Assembly: GCF_006345805.1 (NCBI RefSeq)
Contig: NC_042998.1
Span: 46,376,001-46,440,000, forward strand
Direction: 5' to 3'
DNA: 64,000 nucleotides
DNA from: Octopus sinensis
Lineage: Eukaryota
Shown here: positions 50,156 through 63,037 of the stretch, piece after piece
Layout: the number at the start of each line of letters is the position of its first letter
Position numbering within the stretch: position 1 is the first letter of the stretch
Notes under the pieces: generated by a model
Databases searched by the model: none
What the model was told of the DNA's origin: nothing
What the model saw: only the letters and a program-made list of their open reading frames with translations
Translations under genes and position numbers: made by a program

Positions 50156-51443
50156 GGCGGCGGCGGACTACTGCATTGATTTACTTGGAGGCCCCCATGG
50201 GTCTAGAAGCCCAATTCTGATCTATGTATGCTGTGGCTTGCTGTTAATAAATAAACCATTATTGGGCCCAGTGCACTGATTTTCCCAGGAGCCTATAATG
50301 CCATTAAGCTGGCTCTGTTTGCAAGTTTGCTATTGTAAGGCTGAATAAGCTGAAATCTTAGATACTGTGGTAAGTAATTTCTGCTATTTTATGTCACCCC
50401 TCTTCATATGTTTTGATTCTTTTGCTTGTCATTTATCTTTTCTATCTTACGTTTTACTTGTTTCTGTCATTGGACTGCAGTCATACTGGGACACTACCTT
50501 GAAGGGTTTAGTCATACAGATCGCTCCTAGGACTTATTTTTATGAAGTCTGGTACTTATTCTGTTGGTCTCTTTTTGCCAAACTGCTAAGTTACAGGGAT
50601 GTAAACAAACTAATCCCATTTGCCAGTAGTCCATCCCACACTAGTATGGAAAGCAAACATTAAATGATGATAATGATGACTGTGGGAGACAAACACAAGT
50701 ACACTCACTCACACACACACACAACATTTTCTATCATAGCTATCAGTAACTATCATTTCTATTAAGGCAGCAAGCTGGCAGAAACGTTAGCACACCGGGC
50801 AAAATGCTTAGCAGTATTTCGTTTGCCGTTACATTCTGAGTTCCTTATATACAGATTCAAAAGCAATAATTAAAAAAATGATATATTCTGCATGGACATT
50901 GAAAAAAAATGTGTATGTTAAGAGGTTAAGGACAGAAGTGGCAACCTGGCAGAGTCATTAGCAAGCTGCACAAAATGTTTAGTGGCATTTTGTCCTTTAT
51001 GTTCTAAGTTCTGCCAAGGTCAACTTTGCCTTTCATCTTTTTGGGGTCGATTTAATAAGTACCAGTTGACTCCTGGGGTTGATGTAACCGACTAACCTCC
51101 ACCTCTGAAGTTGCTGGCCTTGTGCCAAAGTTTGAATCCAATAATCAGCCATTGGCAGAAGGCCACAGTTTTTGTGGAGTGAGAGTAGCTTGTCAGTTAT
51201 ATTGGTTCCAAGTATTTGATTGGTTCCGTATTTTAGTGACTCCTTTTTGTTTCTCACTTTACTGTCTTTTCCATTGGCCACCTTTGTATGTCATCATCAT
51301 CATCATCATCATCATCATATAACATATATCTTCCATACTGGTATGGGTTGGACATAACGATTAATAATTACATGGTTGTTGGAGTTGTCTCAAATGGCAT
51401 TATTTCTTACCGATCTTTTTGGATTATTTTTAACCTTTTGCAG

Positions 51444-51597
51444 TGTTCTTTGCCGAATGTGTGATGTAATACTAGCCAGAGTCTATGGTCACGATGTGGT
51501 TGATACGCTAGCTTCAGAAAGTTCTGTTCCTGTGATAAATGGATTGTCTGATCTCTTCCATCCTCTGCAGATCCTTGCTGACTTGCTCACGCTACAG
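51444..51597 (+). CDS. OTC: OTC coding exon 5 ([51 protein letters not shown])
   Basis: 154 bp, ttttgcag| and CAG|gtaata; INGLSD.FHPLQ.LAD motif. Confidence 0.97.
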
Positions 51598-51717
51598 GTA
51601 ATACCGTGTCACTAATTATCACCTGCTTATAATAAACATACAAACAAGTTGCTACATTATCCCCTGACCTGATTACGGTAGTGGCAATGTTTTCTTTTTT
51701 GTGACATACTATTTACC

Positions 51718-51950
51718 CATTTCTTTACTACCCACAAGGAGCTAAACATAGAATGAACAAACAAGGACAGACAAAGGGATTAAGTCAATTACATCGACTC
51801 CAGTGCGTAACTGGTACTTATTTAATCGACCCCGAAAGGATGAAAGGCAAAGTCGACTTCGGCGGAATTTGAACTCAGAATGTAACGGCGGACGAAATAC
51901 GGCTAGGCATTTCGCCTGGTGTGCTAACGTTTCTGCCAGCTCACCGCCTT
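51718..51950 (-). mobile_element. SINE family C with 17-bp TSD
   Basis: GTGACATACTATTTACC at 51701-51717 and 51952-51968. Confidence 0.88.
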
Positions 51951-52200
51951 CGTGACATACTATTTACCATCTTTAAACAATATTGTATGTTTGAATATCT
52001 CAAGTTAAGTCTTAGAAGAGGATGCCCACAATAGCCATGGATGGAATTATAATTCTTCAACCAATTACCTGTGTGTTTGTGTGTGTGTGTGTGTGTGTGA
52101 TGTGGATAAGAGAACAGGCATGAGGAAATGGTTATGAAGTTTGCTCCATAATCATATGATCCTTTGTTTGATCCCAGTCGACAACAATATAAGGTGTCTT

Positions 52201-52541
52201 ATAATAAAAATAATGAAATTATTGTATACAGTGCTCAGGTGCACCACAACTTGTCAAAAGTGCATATAAAGCATATGCAGTAATGTACAAATGTCTGGAA
52301 GTGAACAGTGTATGAGTCAGATACATGCTTGCGTGTGTATGGAGAGGGGAATATTAGGTGTAGTGTTGGCGAATCTCAGGAAGCATGGAAGTTTTGAAGG
52401 ATGCAGTGCTCCGACAACAAACAACTGATGCCAGCAGTTTGTTCCATATTTCAGCAACTCTTAGCATGAAAAAGTGTTTCTGAAAGTCATGGGAGCTGTG
52501 CTGTTTTCTGACTTTGTAAACATGTCCACGGGTGTTAGACA
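52201..52541 (-). mobile_element. CR1/L2-like LINE 3' end
   Basis: TRGHVYKVRKQ...HFFMLRVAEIWNKL, followed by 3' UTR. Confidence 0.8.
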
Positions 52542-52739
52542 GATGGAGTTCTACCATCATCTCAAATGGTAAATCTCATAAGCCGAATTAAGCTAACAAA
52601 AACTGTGTAAAATCCATTTAGATAAAACTGTACTTGTAATTCAAAGTGACAGCTTTGCCACTTGCAATGCCTGGCTGAGTACACTTGAGGAGGTTTTTTT
52701 TTTGTAAGAAAGTCCCAGGGAAAGCAAGAAGCCACTTAG

Positions 52740-53680
52740 TGTAAGGGACTATAAAGAAGAAGAAATTAAGATGAAAGGAATGAACTTACTTTAGACTTGA
52801 AAGAGATCAGGTCATAAAATGAAGAAAAACAGTGAGATGGAAGAGAGTTGCTCAGTCTGGTAGTTTGTGGAAGAAAGCTACGACTGTAGAAAGACTTCCT
52901 TATTCACTGAAGCAGAACATTTAGATGGTGATGCTGTGGGTTTTGAGTCAGACGAGATGACATAGAGTCATATGGAACTAAAAGAGAAAGTTCATAAGAG
53001 GACTTCCTGTAGTAGGAGCACTCCGTCGGTTATGACGACGAGGGTCCCAGCTGATACGATCAACAGAACAGCCTGCTCATGAAATTAATGTGCAAGTGAC
53101 TGAGCAATCCAGAGACACGTGTACCCCTAACGTAGTTCTCAGGGAGATTCAGCTTGACACAAAGTGTGACAAGGCGGGCCCACTGAAATACAGGTACTAC
53201 TCATTTTTGCCAGCTGAGTGGACTGGTGCAACGTGAAATAAAGTTTCTTGCTCAAGGACACAACGCGTCGCCAGGAATCGAACTCACGACCTCACAGTCA
53301 TGAGCCGAATGCTCTAACCACGAAGCCACGCACCTTCACACTTCCTGTAGTAGTAACAATAGAAATGACTAAGACTGGTGACTTCATGTTGATGTGACAA
53401 GGGTTGCAGAGTTGAAGTAAGAGAAGGATTAATTAAATTAGAGACTCACTTTTAAACCTGGTCCGGGAGATCTAAGTGACAAAATGGTGCATCTGCCCAA
53501 ATATGACAACAGTATTCCATACAAGGATGAATTGTGGATTTGTAAAGATAGAACATGGTCTTGCATGTGAGGTAGTCCTTTGAATTTGAGGATGACTATC
53601 TTCTCCCTTAATTGTGGACACTTTGATGACTGTATTGTTTATGGAATATTCAGCCATTTATATTTGAACTAACAACTAGA
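52740..53680 (-). mobile_element. Decayed L2/Crack-like LINE 3' fragment interrupted by SINE B (53016-53339, 14-bp TSD ACTTCCTGTAGTAG)
   Basis: SINE TSD at 53002-53015 and 53340-53353; LINE assignment from a weak, frameshifted resemblance only. Confidence 0.5.
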
Positions 53681-54089
53681 ACACTCATTGAAACTTATGC
53701 AAGGTCGATCAATGCCTGTAAATGTCTTTTATTCCTACAGAAAATGCAAAAATTAGATTCAGTCAACTGATCTTTTAGAGCAGCGCTTCTCAACCAGGGA
53801 CCATATAAGATTTTTGGCGATCCATAATCAAAACGATACTAGTCAAAGCCAAACACTTATTTTTTGTTTTACTTAGTGTACCTTGTATTACGTTATCCAA
53901 ATGTATCTTTTCATTTTTCTAAAGGTGGTAGGTTGTCATTTGAGGGATATACAGCTGCTATTTTTCGCAGATCAAGTGACTACATAGAAACTCCTTTGTT
54001 AACTTTTCTAATGTTTTTGTATATATTACATTGTGAATTTCTTCATCTGCTAATATTATCTATCTTCCTTATTGTTTCCATATTTCTAG

Positions 54090-54212
54090 GAACATTTTGG
54101 TGAACTGAAGAACTTGAAGTTGGCTTGGGTTGGTGATGGTAACAACATCATCCACTCTCTGATGATTGCTTGTGCTAAGCTTGGAATGGAAATACGCGTT
54201 GCTACACCATCG
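54090..54212 (+). CDS. OTC: OTC coding exon 6 ([41 protein letters not shown])
   Basis: 123 bp, tttctag| and |gtaata; W.GDGNN motif. Not in the ORF track. Confidence 0.97.
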
Positions 54213-54246
54213 GTAATATTACATGCCATTCTTTTCTAATAATTTG

Positions 54247-54560
54247 CAGTGGTTAGAGCGTCGAGCTTACGATCGTGAGGTTGTGAGTTTGAATACCGGA
54301 CCGGGCTATGTGTTGTGTTCTTGAGCAAGACACTTTATTTCACATTGCTCCAGTTCACTCAGCTGTAGAAATGAGTTGCGATGTTACAGGTGCCAAGCTG
54401 TATCTGCTGTTGCCTTTCCCTTGGATAATACTGGTGGTGTGGAGAGGGGAGGCTAGTATGCATGGGCGACTTCCATAAACAACTTTGCCCGGACTTGTGC
54501 CTGGGAGGGTAACTTTCTAGGTGCAATCCTATGGTCAGTCATGACCGAAGAGGGTCTCAA
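54247..54560 (+). mobile_element. SINE family B, 35 bp downstream of the OTC exon 6 donor
   Basis: GTGGTTAGAGC...GTGAGTTTGAATACC head. Confidence 0.8.
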
Positions 54561-55060
54561 TACTAACCTTTCCCTAATAACTAACAGTATTTCATTTCTA
54601 TGAATACTAATATTTTCCTTAATAATTGGCAGTGTTTCTGCGAATGTTAATATTTCCCCAATAACTGACAATGTTTATTGTTTAACATAGTACGGCCATA
54701 AGAGATGTTATCTCTGTACAAATATCACAGTATCTGGCCCATCAACAGTGTTTCTGTGAATGCTATCTTTTTCTTAATAAATGATAAAAGGTTTCTTGCA
54801 AAGACCCAAACTTGTCACCTTTAATGTAGGAGTTAATTTTGTTCTGTATGTTTGATTGTTTCTCTGTTTGTTGTTTGTCTTTTCTTTTTCTTTTTGTTCT
54901 TTGTTCCCTTTATTTACAATGAATATAATTAATATTGTGGAGGCGCAATGGCCCAGTGGTTAGGGCAGCGGACTCATACTTATTGGATAGTATGGAAAGC
55001 ATGTTTTTTATATATCAATATTATTATTATTATATTATTATAACTTTGCAGTTATGTATA

Positions 55061-55192
55061 TCCTCTGACGAGGCCTTTGGTTATTTAAACAGACAAATAT
55101 AATATTTAATGCCTAAGACTATACTATAATGGCATATATGAGCAATTTAAGGTGAATTGCCTCTTAACTATAGGCTGAAACAGCTGTAAGGA
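55061..55192 (+). ncRNA. Type I hammerhead ribozyme motif with an expanded stem II (family F repeat, ~55040-55540)
   Basis: TCCT-CTGACGA-GGCCT...AGGCT-GAAA-CAGCTG-TA-AGGA: complete core, 4-bp stem I, palindromic stem III, GUA cleavage triplet. Confidence 0.7.
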
Positions 55193-55779
55193 GCAGTTTA
55201 TTTGTATTATTTTTATTGTATTATTAATTTGCATATTGATGTATATTGTTTTGTTCGATTTTCATGTTCCTATTTGTATAATTAATAAATAATATGAAAT
55301 TGGAATATCTGTAAGTTGATGATCAAAATGAATTTGTTCCTCCATTTTCTTATTTGTATTATGAATTTACGGTAAAATATTTTTTACCTTCACCCATCCA
55401 ATACAATAAATGAATTAATTGCATTGCAATTATAAGCATTTATGTATTTAGTATTTGGGTACTTCACCAGCAGTATATTGGATAACTGATATCCCATAGT
55501 GGGTTACACTCATAACCCCTATCTTACTTTGTACTATATATATATATATATCATCATCATCGTTTAACGTCTGTTTTTCATGCTAGCATGGGTTGGACGG
55601 GCTTCTTTCAGTTTCCGTCTACCTAATCCACTCACAAGGCTTTGGTCAGCCCGAGGTTGTAGTAGAAGACACTTGCCCAAGGTGCCACGCAGTGGGACTG
55701 AACCCGGAACCATGTGGTTTGTAAGCAAGCTACTTACCACACAGCCATTCCTTCAAGTTTTGAAGGATAAAGTATCCTG

Positions 55780-56120
55780 ACATCTACAATCAATGTGGAT
55801 AGTTTCTTCCATGCTTTGGCAATTTTAAGCATGCAAAAATGTTTCTAAAAGTCATGAATGTTACACTCTTTTTCTGATTTTATAAGCATGTTCACAAGTG
55901 GTTGAGATACTGAATTCATAAAGCTGGTTAAACTTATCATAATGATGCTGGATAATCCTATGAGCTTCTACCAAGTCAGTTGTTGGATGTTGAAGCTTCA
56001 GTATGTCACTGTCAAGATATGTAAAACATTCAAGATATAGTGGGCGATGAAGGTATTTATTCAGTTGCATGTCACTAAATATCTTCCAATATATTGATAT
56101 TCTCAACAAGATGTTCAGGT
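55780..56120 (-). mobile_element. Older CR1/L2-like 3' fragment
   Basis: TCEHAYKIRKRV resembles the 52201 family; more diverged. Confidence 0.55.
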
Positions 56121-56130
56121 TCACCATCAT

Positions 56131-56500
56131 AGGCATAGGAGTGGCTGTGTGGTAAATAGCTTGCTTACCATCCACATGGTTCCGGGTTCAGTCCCACTGC
56201 GTGACACTTTAGACAAGTGTCTTCTACTATAGCCTTGGGCCGACCAAAACCTTGTGAGTGGATTTGGTAGACAGAAACTGAAAGAAGCCTGTCATATATA
56301 TGTATATATATGTATGTGTATGTGTGTGTCTGTCCCTCCAACATTGCTTGTCAACCGATGCTGGTGTGTTTACGTCCCCGTAACTTAGCGGTTCAGCAAA
56401 AGAGGCCGATAGAATAAGTACTTGGCTTACAAAGAATAAGTCCTGGGGTTGATATGGTTGACTAAAAGCAGTGCTCCAGCAATTAAAAGAGTAAAGAGTA
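56131..56500 (+). mobile_element. SINE family A
   Basis: Head, core, tail. Confidence 0.85.
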
Positions 56501-57802
56501 AGTCAAGTGTTCCAGACTGGAAATGCAAACTCTAAGCATGGATGTACCATATCCATATATAGCTTTAAACAGACAGCTGGTGAGTGGCTGACAAAGATCT
56601 TGATCTAAGACACCTCAGTCTTTTTGACAATTTTAAAAATGTAGTTCATCCAATGCAGATTGTTGTTAACCATAATGCCTTGTTCACGTTCACCATCAAA
56701 CTTCTCAAGGTTGGTGTTGTGGATGGAGTTGGTTAATTCTGGGGTTATTCTCCCATAATGTATAGAGGTGCATTTATCTGTAGCCAGCTTGTGTTGCCAG
56801 TCAGCAATCCATTGCTGTGTATGTCCTGGTCAGATTATGGGGAAGATATATAGTATATAGGAGTCATTCTTTTTGTATGTTCTCTGACTATAAGCAAAAA
56901 CAAGTGTGGTGTTCTTTATTTATAATCAACTATGAAGGCACGTCTGGGTTTTTTAGTATGATCTTTGCTAACAAAAAGCTCATTGTTTCCTGGTGACTGT
57001 ATAACTATGTCTGGGTTGTTCTTTGTTTGATAAACTAAGGGATTATTACCTTATTTGGAAACAGATGAGGATGGGTGACAAGGGCATCTTGTCATAGAAA
57101 ATCTACCTCAATGAATTCCATCTGACTCAGGCAAGCATGGAAAAGTAGATGTTGAATTTATAATGATTATGTATAGCTTAGTGTTATCTGCATATTCTAC
57201 AAGAATTTCAGTTGCAAGATTGTCCCAATGCTACGTTAATAGACACCTGCCCAACATGCTACACAGTGAGATCACACAGAAGCAAACTTCTCAGTCATGC
57301 AGCCTCCTTGCGCTATGAGTTGTAGGACTAGTGAGATGGAACAAAAGTGCAAATAATTTTTTAAGTAAAACTCAGAAACAATTTCTAGATATTTGTACAT
57401 ACCTTTATTCAACCATTATGTCTCATTTTGTTCCACTACCTTTTCCCATCTTTAAGGCAGTTTCAAGATCTGATTTTCCAAGAACTTAGCATCTTTCTGG
57501 GTCATGAACTGATCTTAGTTATTTTTACAGTCTTCCAAAGAATTGAAGTTAATCCCATTAAGAGGATTTTGTAGGGAACAAAATAAGTGGTAATCTGAGG
57601 GTGCAAAGTCAGGTGAATAAGTTGGGTATGGTACTAGATCCCAGCCAAGCTGTACCAATTTCTGCTTTATCTGCAAGGTAATATGCGGCCTAACACTGCC
57701 CTGAAGAAGATGACACCCTTCTGATTGGCTAATTCTTGTTGCTTTCCATCACTTGCCTTATTAATTGAGAACAATAATTGTTTGAATTTACCTCTCTGGG
57801 AC

Positions 57803-58142
57803 TTGTGCCGGTGGCACGTGAACGAAACATTCGAGCAAGGTCATTGCCAGTGCTGCTGGACTGACTCCTGTGCTGGTGGCATGTAAAAAACACCATTTTT
57901 GAGCGTGGCCGTTGTCAGTACCGCCTGACTGGCCCTCATGATAGTGGCACTTTAAAAGCACCCACTACATTCTTGGAGTGGTTGGCGTTAGGAAGGGCAT
58001 CCAGCTGTAGAAACTCTGCCATATCAGATTGGAGCCTGGCGCAGCCATCTGGTTCGCCAGTCCTCAGTCAAATCATCCAACCCATGCTAGCATGGAAAGC
58101 GGATGTTAAACGATGAAGATGATGATGATGATGATGATGATG
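57803..58142 (+). mobile_element. SINE family E with (GAT)n tail
   Basis: Internal repeats of GGTGGCACGTAAAAAGCACC; tail ...GGAAAGCGGATGTTAAACGATGA(TGA)n. Confidence 0.75.
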
Positions 58143-58452
58143 AGAAATAAAGGAGGATCAAATGACAGGAATGTCTCTCATTTTCCTCTATCTTTGCTTT
58201 TAATGTAAAAGCAGTAGAAATAAGCTATCCACACAGTATTCATATAGAAAGACATGTTGAAATGTTACATTTCAGGGGATAAGTACTAGCTATATGCTTC
58301 TGCCACATGAGAAATGAAATCATGAGTTTAAATGCCGCCATTTGAAATACAGTGTATAAACTTTAGCTCCAAACCAATTCTTATGAAATGTATAATGTAA
58401 ATGTGTTTGATATCAAACTAATTTTTAAACCTTTCTTACATTATTTTTCCAG

Positions 58453-58506
58453 GGTTATTTGCCTGATACTGGTATCATCAATTCATGTAATAAATTTTCT
58501 GCAAAG
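58453..58506 (+). CDS. OTC: OTC coding exon 7 (GYLPDTGIINSCNKFSAK)
   Basis: 54 bp, tttttccag| and AAG|gtatgt; GY.PD matches human exon 7 (GYEPD, 54 bp). Confidence 0.92.
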
Positions 58507-58749
58507 GTATGTACATAACACACCTACCCACACAGATCTATCTACATAAATACACACACACACTTACACATATATATATGTATACATATATGATGGCCAC
58601 TACTGTCTCTTTCAAAATGAGTGTTTGAAGCAGAGGATTTAAGAAAAAAAGAAATGAGAGAAAGAAAAAGAAAAAAAAACAACTTTAAAAATAAAAGAAG
58701 TGGTGGATGTGAATGTAATTTGAGTTCAAGTATGTGTGTGTGTGTGTGT

Positions 58750-58945
58750 GTGTATCGTTGGCGCTTTTTTTTCCTCCGTCTTCTCTTCCTTGGATCTTTC
58801 CTTTTCCTATGTTTCTGATGAAGAGCTCTGCTCGAAACGTTAAATCCTCCTTCTTCCTTTCCGTTCCTGAGCGTCCAATAATACTATACTTGTTCCACGT
58901 CCTTGCATTGTTGTGTTTTCTCTTTGTGTTTTCATGTTTGGATTA

Positions 58946-58950
<5 letters not shown>
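58750..58950 (+). repeat. Family D hammerhead-bearing repeat, sense in OTC intron 7
   Basis: GTTT-CTGATGA-A-GAGC-TCT-GCTC-GAAAC-GTT-AAAT at 58811-58845. Confidence 0.8.
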
Positions 58951-59011
<61 letters not shown>

Positions 59012-59607
59012 TCACATGCATGAATACACACAGATGCTGTTGCATAACAGCTTGCATTTAGCACCATCTTGCTAACTTTATTTTACCAAAGTCCCAACTA
59101 TCTTGTCAAGATTTTTCTATTAACTTTGCTCCATCTTATTACTGTTTCATTTTTCTGATATATTCATCATCATTATCAGCGCAGTCATGTTTGTCACTGA
59201 CATTGTCATCCTTCATCATCATTGTCATCATCATGGGTATCATCTCCTGCTCTTCCTCTTCCTTTGCTATTTCTACATTGACTGTTATCTTCAGAGAAAA
59301 CTGTTTGAAAAGGAGCAGAGACAGTTATTTCATTTTGTTGAGACTCAAAGTTCTATTGGTTGTGATGTGTGTGTGCTCGTGCACGCGTGCATACACACCC
59401 ACACACACACACACACACCCACACACCCACACACATATATGAGTTGATATAAACAGCTTGGCGAAATGTAATAGTAATACCATAAAGGAAAAATTTAACC
59501 ATCACTAAGTGTGACTAAAAGTGCTGAAGCACTTACATTGTTAGAAATAAGAGTTAGAAAACTCTTAGTGCTGTAAGAAGAATGCAAGATATATATAAAT
59601 ATAAATA

Positions 59608-59644
<37 letters not shown>

Positions 59645-59922
59645 TGCACTGGTTGCTTTTTGCAACCTGACTGTCTTCTACTGCTTTATGTAGCTCCATC
59701 ATCATTTGCTGCTCTTTATAGCTCAATTGTGGTCGTTTACACTTGGCAGTTCAACTGTCAGCTGTTATCGTTTGCAGTACAGCTATGCTCTGTTGCTCTT
59801 TGCAGCTTAACCTGTTGCTATTTGTAGTTCAACTATCTTCTGTTATTCTGTTTTGCTCAGTTGTCATCTGTTTCCTATTGTGGTTTAGCTGTCACTTATT
59901 GCTCTTTATAGCGCAAATGAGT

Positions 59923-60255
59923 AAAGGTGCATGGCTCAGTGGTTAGAGCATCGGGCTCACAATCAGGAGATAGTGAGTTCGATTCCTGGACCAGGCTGTG
60001 TGTTGTGTTCTTGAGCAAGACATTTTATTACACGTTGCTGTAGCTGTAGAAATGAGTTGCAATGTCACTGGTGCCAAGCTGCATTGGCCTTTGCCTTTCC
60101 CTTGGATAATGCCAGTGGCATAGAGAGGAGAGGTTGGTATGAATAGGCGACTGTTGATCTTCCATAAACAACCTTGCCCAGACTTGACTTGAGCTTTGGA
60201 GGGGAACTTTTTAGGTGCAATCTCATGGCCATTCATGACTGAAGGGGGTCTTTGC
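59923..60255 (+). mobile_element. SINE family B
   Basis: GGTGCATGGCTCAGTGGTTAGAGC A box, GAGTTCGATTCC B box. Confidence 0.8.
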
Positions 60256-60478
60256 CCCTTTTATAGCTCAAATGTTATCTATTCAATTTCATTATAATTT
60301 AACTGTTATGATTATCTGTTGATAAGTTATAAGTTGTGAAGAAAAAGTTAGAAGCTTTTTATAAGCTGAAAGGAGTTACTGTCATTTGCAACTAGCCTGA
60401 TTGTAGAAATGTAGTGGTATTATACAGGCACCAATATCATTGTCAGTCATTAGTCATCACCATCATCATCACCATCAC

Positions 60479-60510
<32 letters not shown>

Positions 60511-60608
60511 CATCATCATCATCATCACCATCATCATATTCATCATCAGTAATCAATTCTTATTGCCATGCTTCTTTGTCAGTGTCTTCACTTATCTTAA
60601 TGTTGTAG

Positions 60609-60758
60609 CATGGCGGGAAGATTCATTTGACGAATGACCCCAAGGAAGCTGTGTATCGAGCTAATGCCATTATCACTGACACGTGGATCAGTATGGGCCA
60701 GGAAGAGGAATCAGCCAAACGACTCAAAGACTTTGATGGCTATGAAGTCAATTCAAAA
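60609..60758 (+). CDS. OTC: OTC coding exon 8 ([50 protein letters not shown])
   Basis: 150 bp, gttgtag| and |gtatga; [12 protein letters not shown] (SMG loop, ornithine binding). Confidence 0.97.
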
Positions 60759-60899
60759 GTATGATAATCTTATATTTTATTATAAATGCCGTTAATATGA
60801 TAGACTTATATGGTGTTACAAAGCGGAGATAATAAACTGTTGATACAAAACTATTAAATATCACTGATATAACAATTTTATGTATATTTTATATGACAG

Positions 60900-61222
60900 G
60901 CTTAAGAGTCATGGCTCAGTGGTAATCATGAGGTAGTGAGTTCAATTTCCAGACTGGGCTGTGTGTTGCGTTCTTGAGCAAGACACTTTATTTCATGTTG
61001 CTCCAGTTCACTCAGTTGTAGAAATGAGTTGCGACATCACTGGTGCCAAGCTGTATCGACCTTTGCCTTTCCCTTGGATAACATCTGTGGCATGGAGAGG
61101 GGAGACTGGTATGCATGGGCAACTACTGGTCTTCCTTAAACAACCTTGCCTGGACTTCTGCTTTGGAAGGGAACTTTCCAGGTGCAATCCCATGGTCATT
61201 CATGACCAAAGGGGGCCTTTAC
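60900..61222 (+). mobile_element. SINE family B
   Basis: Same head and body as 59923. Confidence 0.8.
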
Positions 61223-61357
61223 ACTTTTATATACTGTTGTATTTATAATCTTGTATGTTGTTATAACTTTATAGGCCATTAGTATGGCATACTGTTGATA
61301 TCACAGTTATATATGACAACCTTTTGTTCTGTTGTTATCAAAACTTTATAGACTTTA

Positions 61358-61762
61358 AGGCACAGGAGTGGCTATGTGGTAAGTAGCTTGCTTACCAACC
61401 ACATGGTTCCGGGTTCAGTCCCACTGCGTGGCACCTTGGGCAAGTGTCTTCTGCTATAGCCTCGGACCGACCAAAGCCTTGTGAGTGGATTTTGTAGACG
61501 AAAACTGAAAGAAGCCCGTCGTATATATGTATATGTATATCTAAGTGTGTGTTTGTGTGTCTGTGTTTGTCCCCCCAACATCTCTTGACAACTGATGCTA
61601 GTGTGTTTACATCCCCGTAACTTAGCAGTTCGGCATAAGAGACCGATAGAATAAGTACTAGGCTTCCAAAGTCCTGGGGTCGATTTGCTTGACTAAAGGT
61701 GGTGCTCCAGCATGGCCACTGTCAAATGACTGAAACAAGTAAAAGAGTAAAAGAGTAAAGAG
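61358..61762 (+). mobile_element. SINE family A, full length
   Basis: Head, core, (AGTAAAAG)n tail. Confidence 0.85.
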
Positions 61763-61889
61763 CATGCCATCATTATGAGAGCTTTGTAAATTTATTATGC
61801 ATTGCTGCACCAGCATTAAGTATTATTACTATGGCAACGTTTTGTGTTGTCTATAAAATATCTTTACATATTGGTCTCAAACTTTGGCA

Positions 61890-62300
61890 CAAGACCGACA
61901 GTTTGATTATATCAATCCCAATACTCAACTGGTACCTATTTTATAAACCCCGAAAAAATGAAAAGCAATATCGACCTCAGCAGAATTTGAATTCAGAACT
62001 TGAAGATGGACAAAATGCTGTTAAACATTTCATTCAGCATTCTGCTAATTCTGCCAGCTCAACTTAAAATAGCTTTACTTATTGATTTCAAATTTTAGCA
62101 AAGGGCCAGTCATTTCAGGGGAGGAGCTATGTCAATTGTGCTGATCCCGGTTTTCAACTGGTACATATTTTATCTATCTTGAAAGGATGAAAGGCAAAGT
62201 TGACTTCAGCAGCAGAATTTGAATGCAGAACCTAAAGACAGACGAAATGCTGCTAAGCATTTTGCCTGGCAAGCTAATGGTTCTGTCAGCTTGCTGCCTT
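61890..62300 (-). mobile_element. Two older SINE family C copies
   Basis: GAAAGGATGAAAGGCAAAGTTGAC...GAATTTGAA bodies. Confidence 0.65.
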
Positions 62301-62689
62301 AAGATATCTTTACATATTGCCATTTACAGATACTTAAGAAATCTTTACATATTGCAAATTTACTTATTATTGATAACTATATAAGTTTTTATTAACGTAT
62401 TTGATAGCATATAAAACGCATTATTTTCCAAAAAAATGTCTCAGAAAGTCACCCCAAATTCTATAAGTGAAGTTGGGTCACCCATAAGCTTTAATGCACT
62501 AAAAACGTTTTTCATGTATATGTGTTGCTGAAACTGGTATCTGTCTAACGTGCCCTTTGCATCTTTTATGCTCTCAGATACGGTATGTTAGCCTTACAGA
62601 TTAAAACTAATTTTATATTAATTTTTCTTGTAAGTATGGGCAGCATAGTTCTTCAAGATATATCATATCTTTTATCTTTTTCTTGCTTC

Positions 62690-63037
62690 AACCATTAGAT
62701 TGTAGCCATACTGGGGTCCCACCTTGAACAATTTTTAGTTGAATGAATCAACCCCAGTGATTAATTTTTTTGCTAAGCCTGGTATTTATTTATTGGTCTT
62801 TTTTGCTGAACTGCTAAGTTACAGAGACATAAAGACACCAACACAGACACAAAGATGCACACACAGATATATATATATATATGACGGGCTTCTTCCAGTT
62901 TCCATCTACCAAATCTACCCACAAGGCTTTGGTTGGCCTGAGGCTCTTGTAGAAGACACTTGCCCAAGATGTCATGCAGTGAAACTGAACCTGGAATCAT
63001 GTGGTTAGGAAGCAAGCTTCTTATCACAGCCGCGCCT
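62690..63037 (-). mobile_element. SINE family A
   Basis: Tail and head match the family. Confidence 0.8.
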
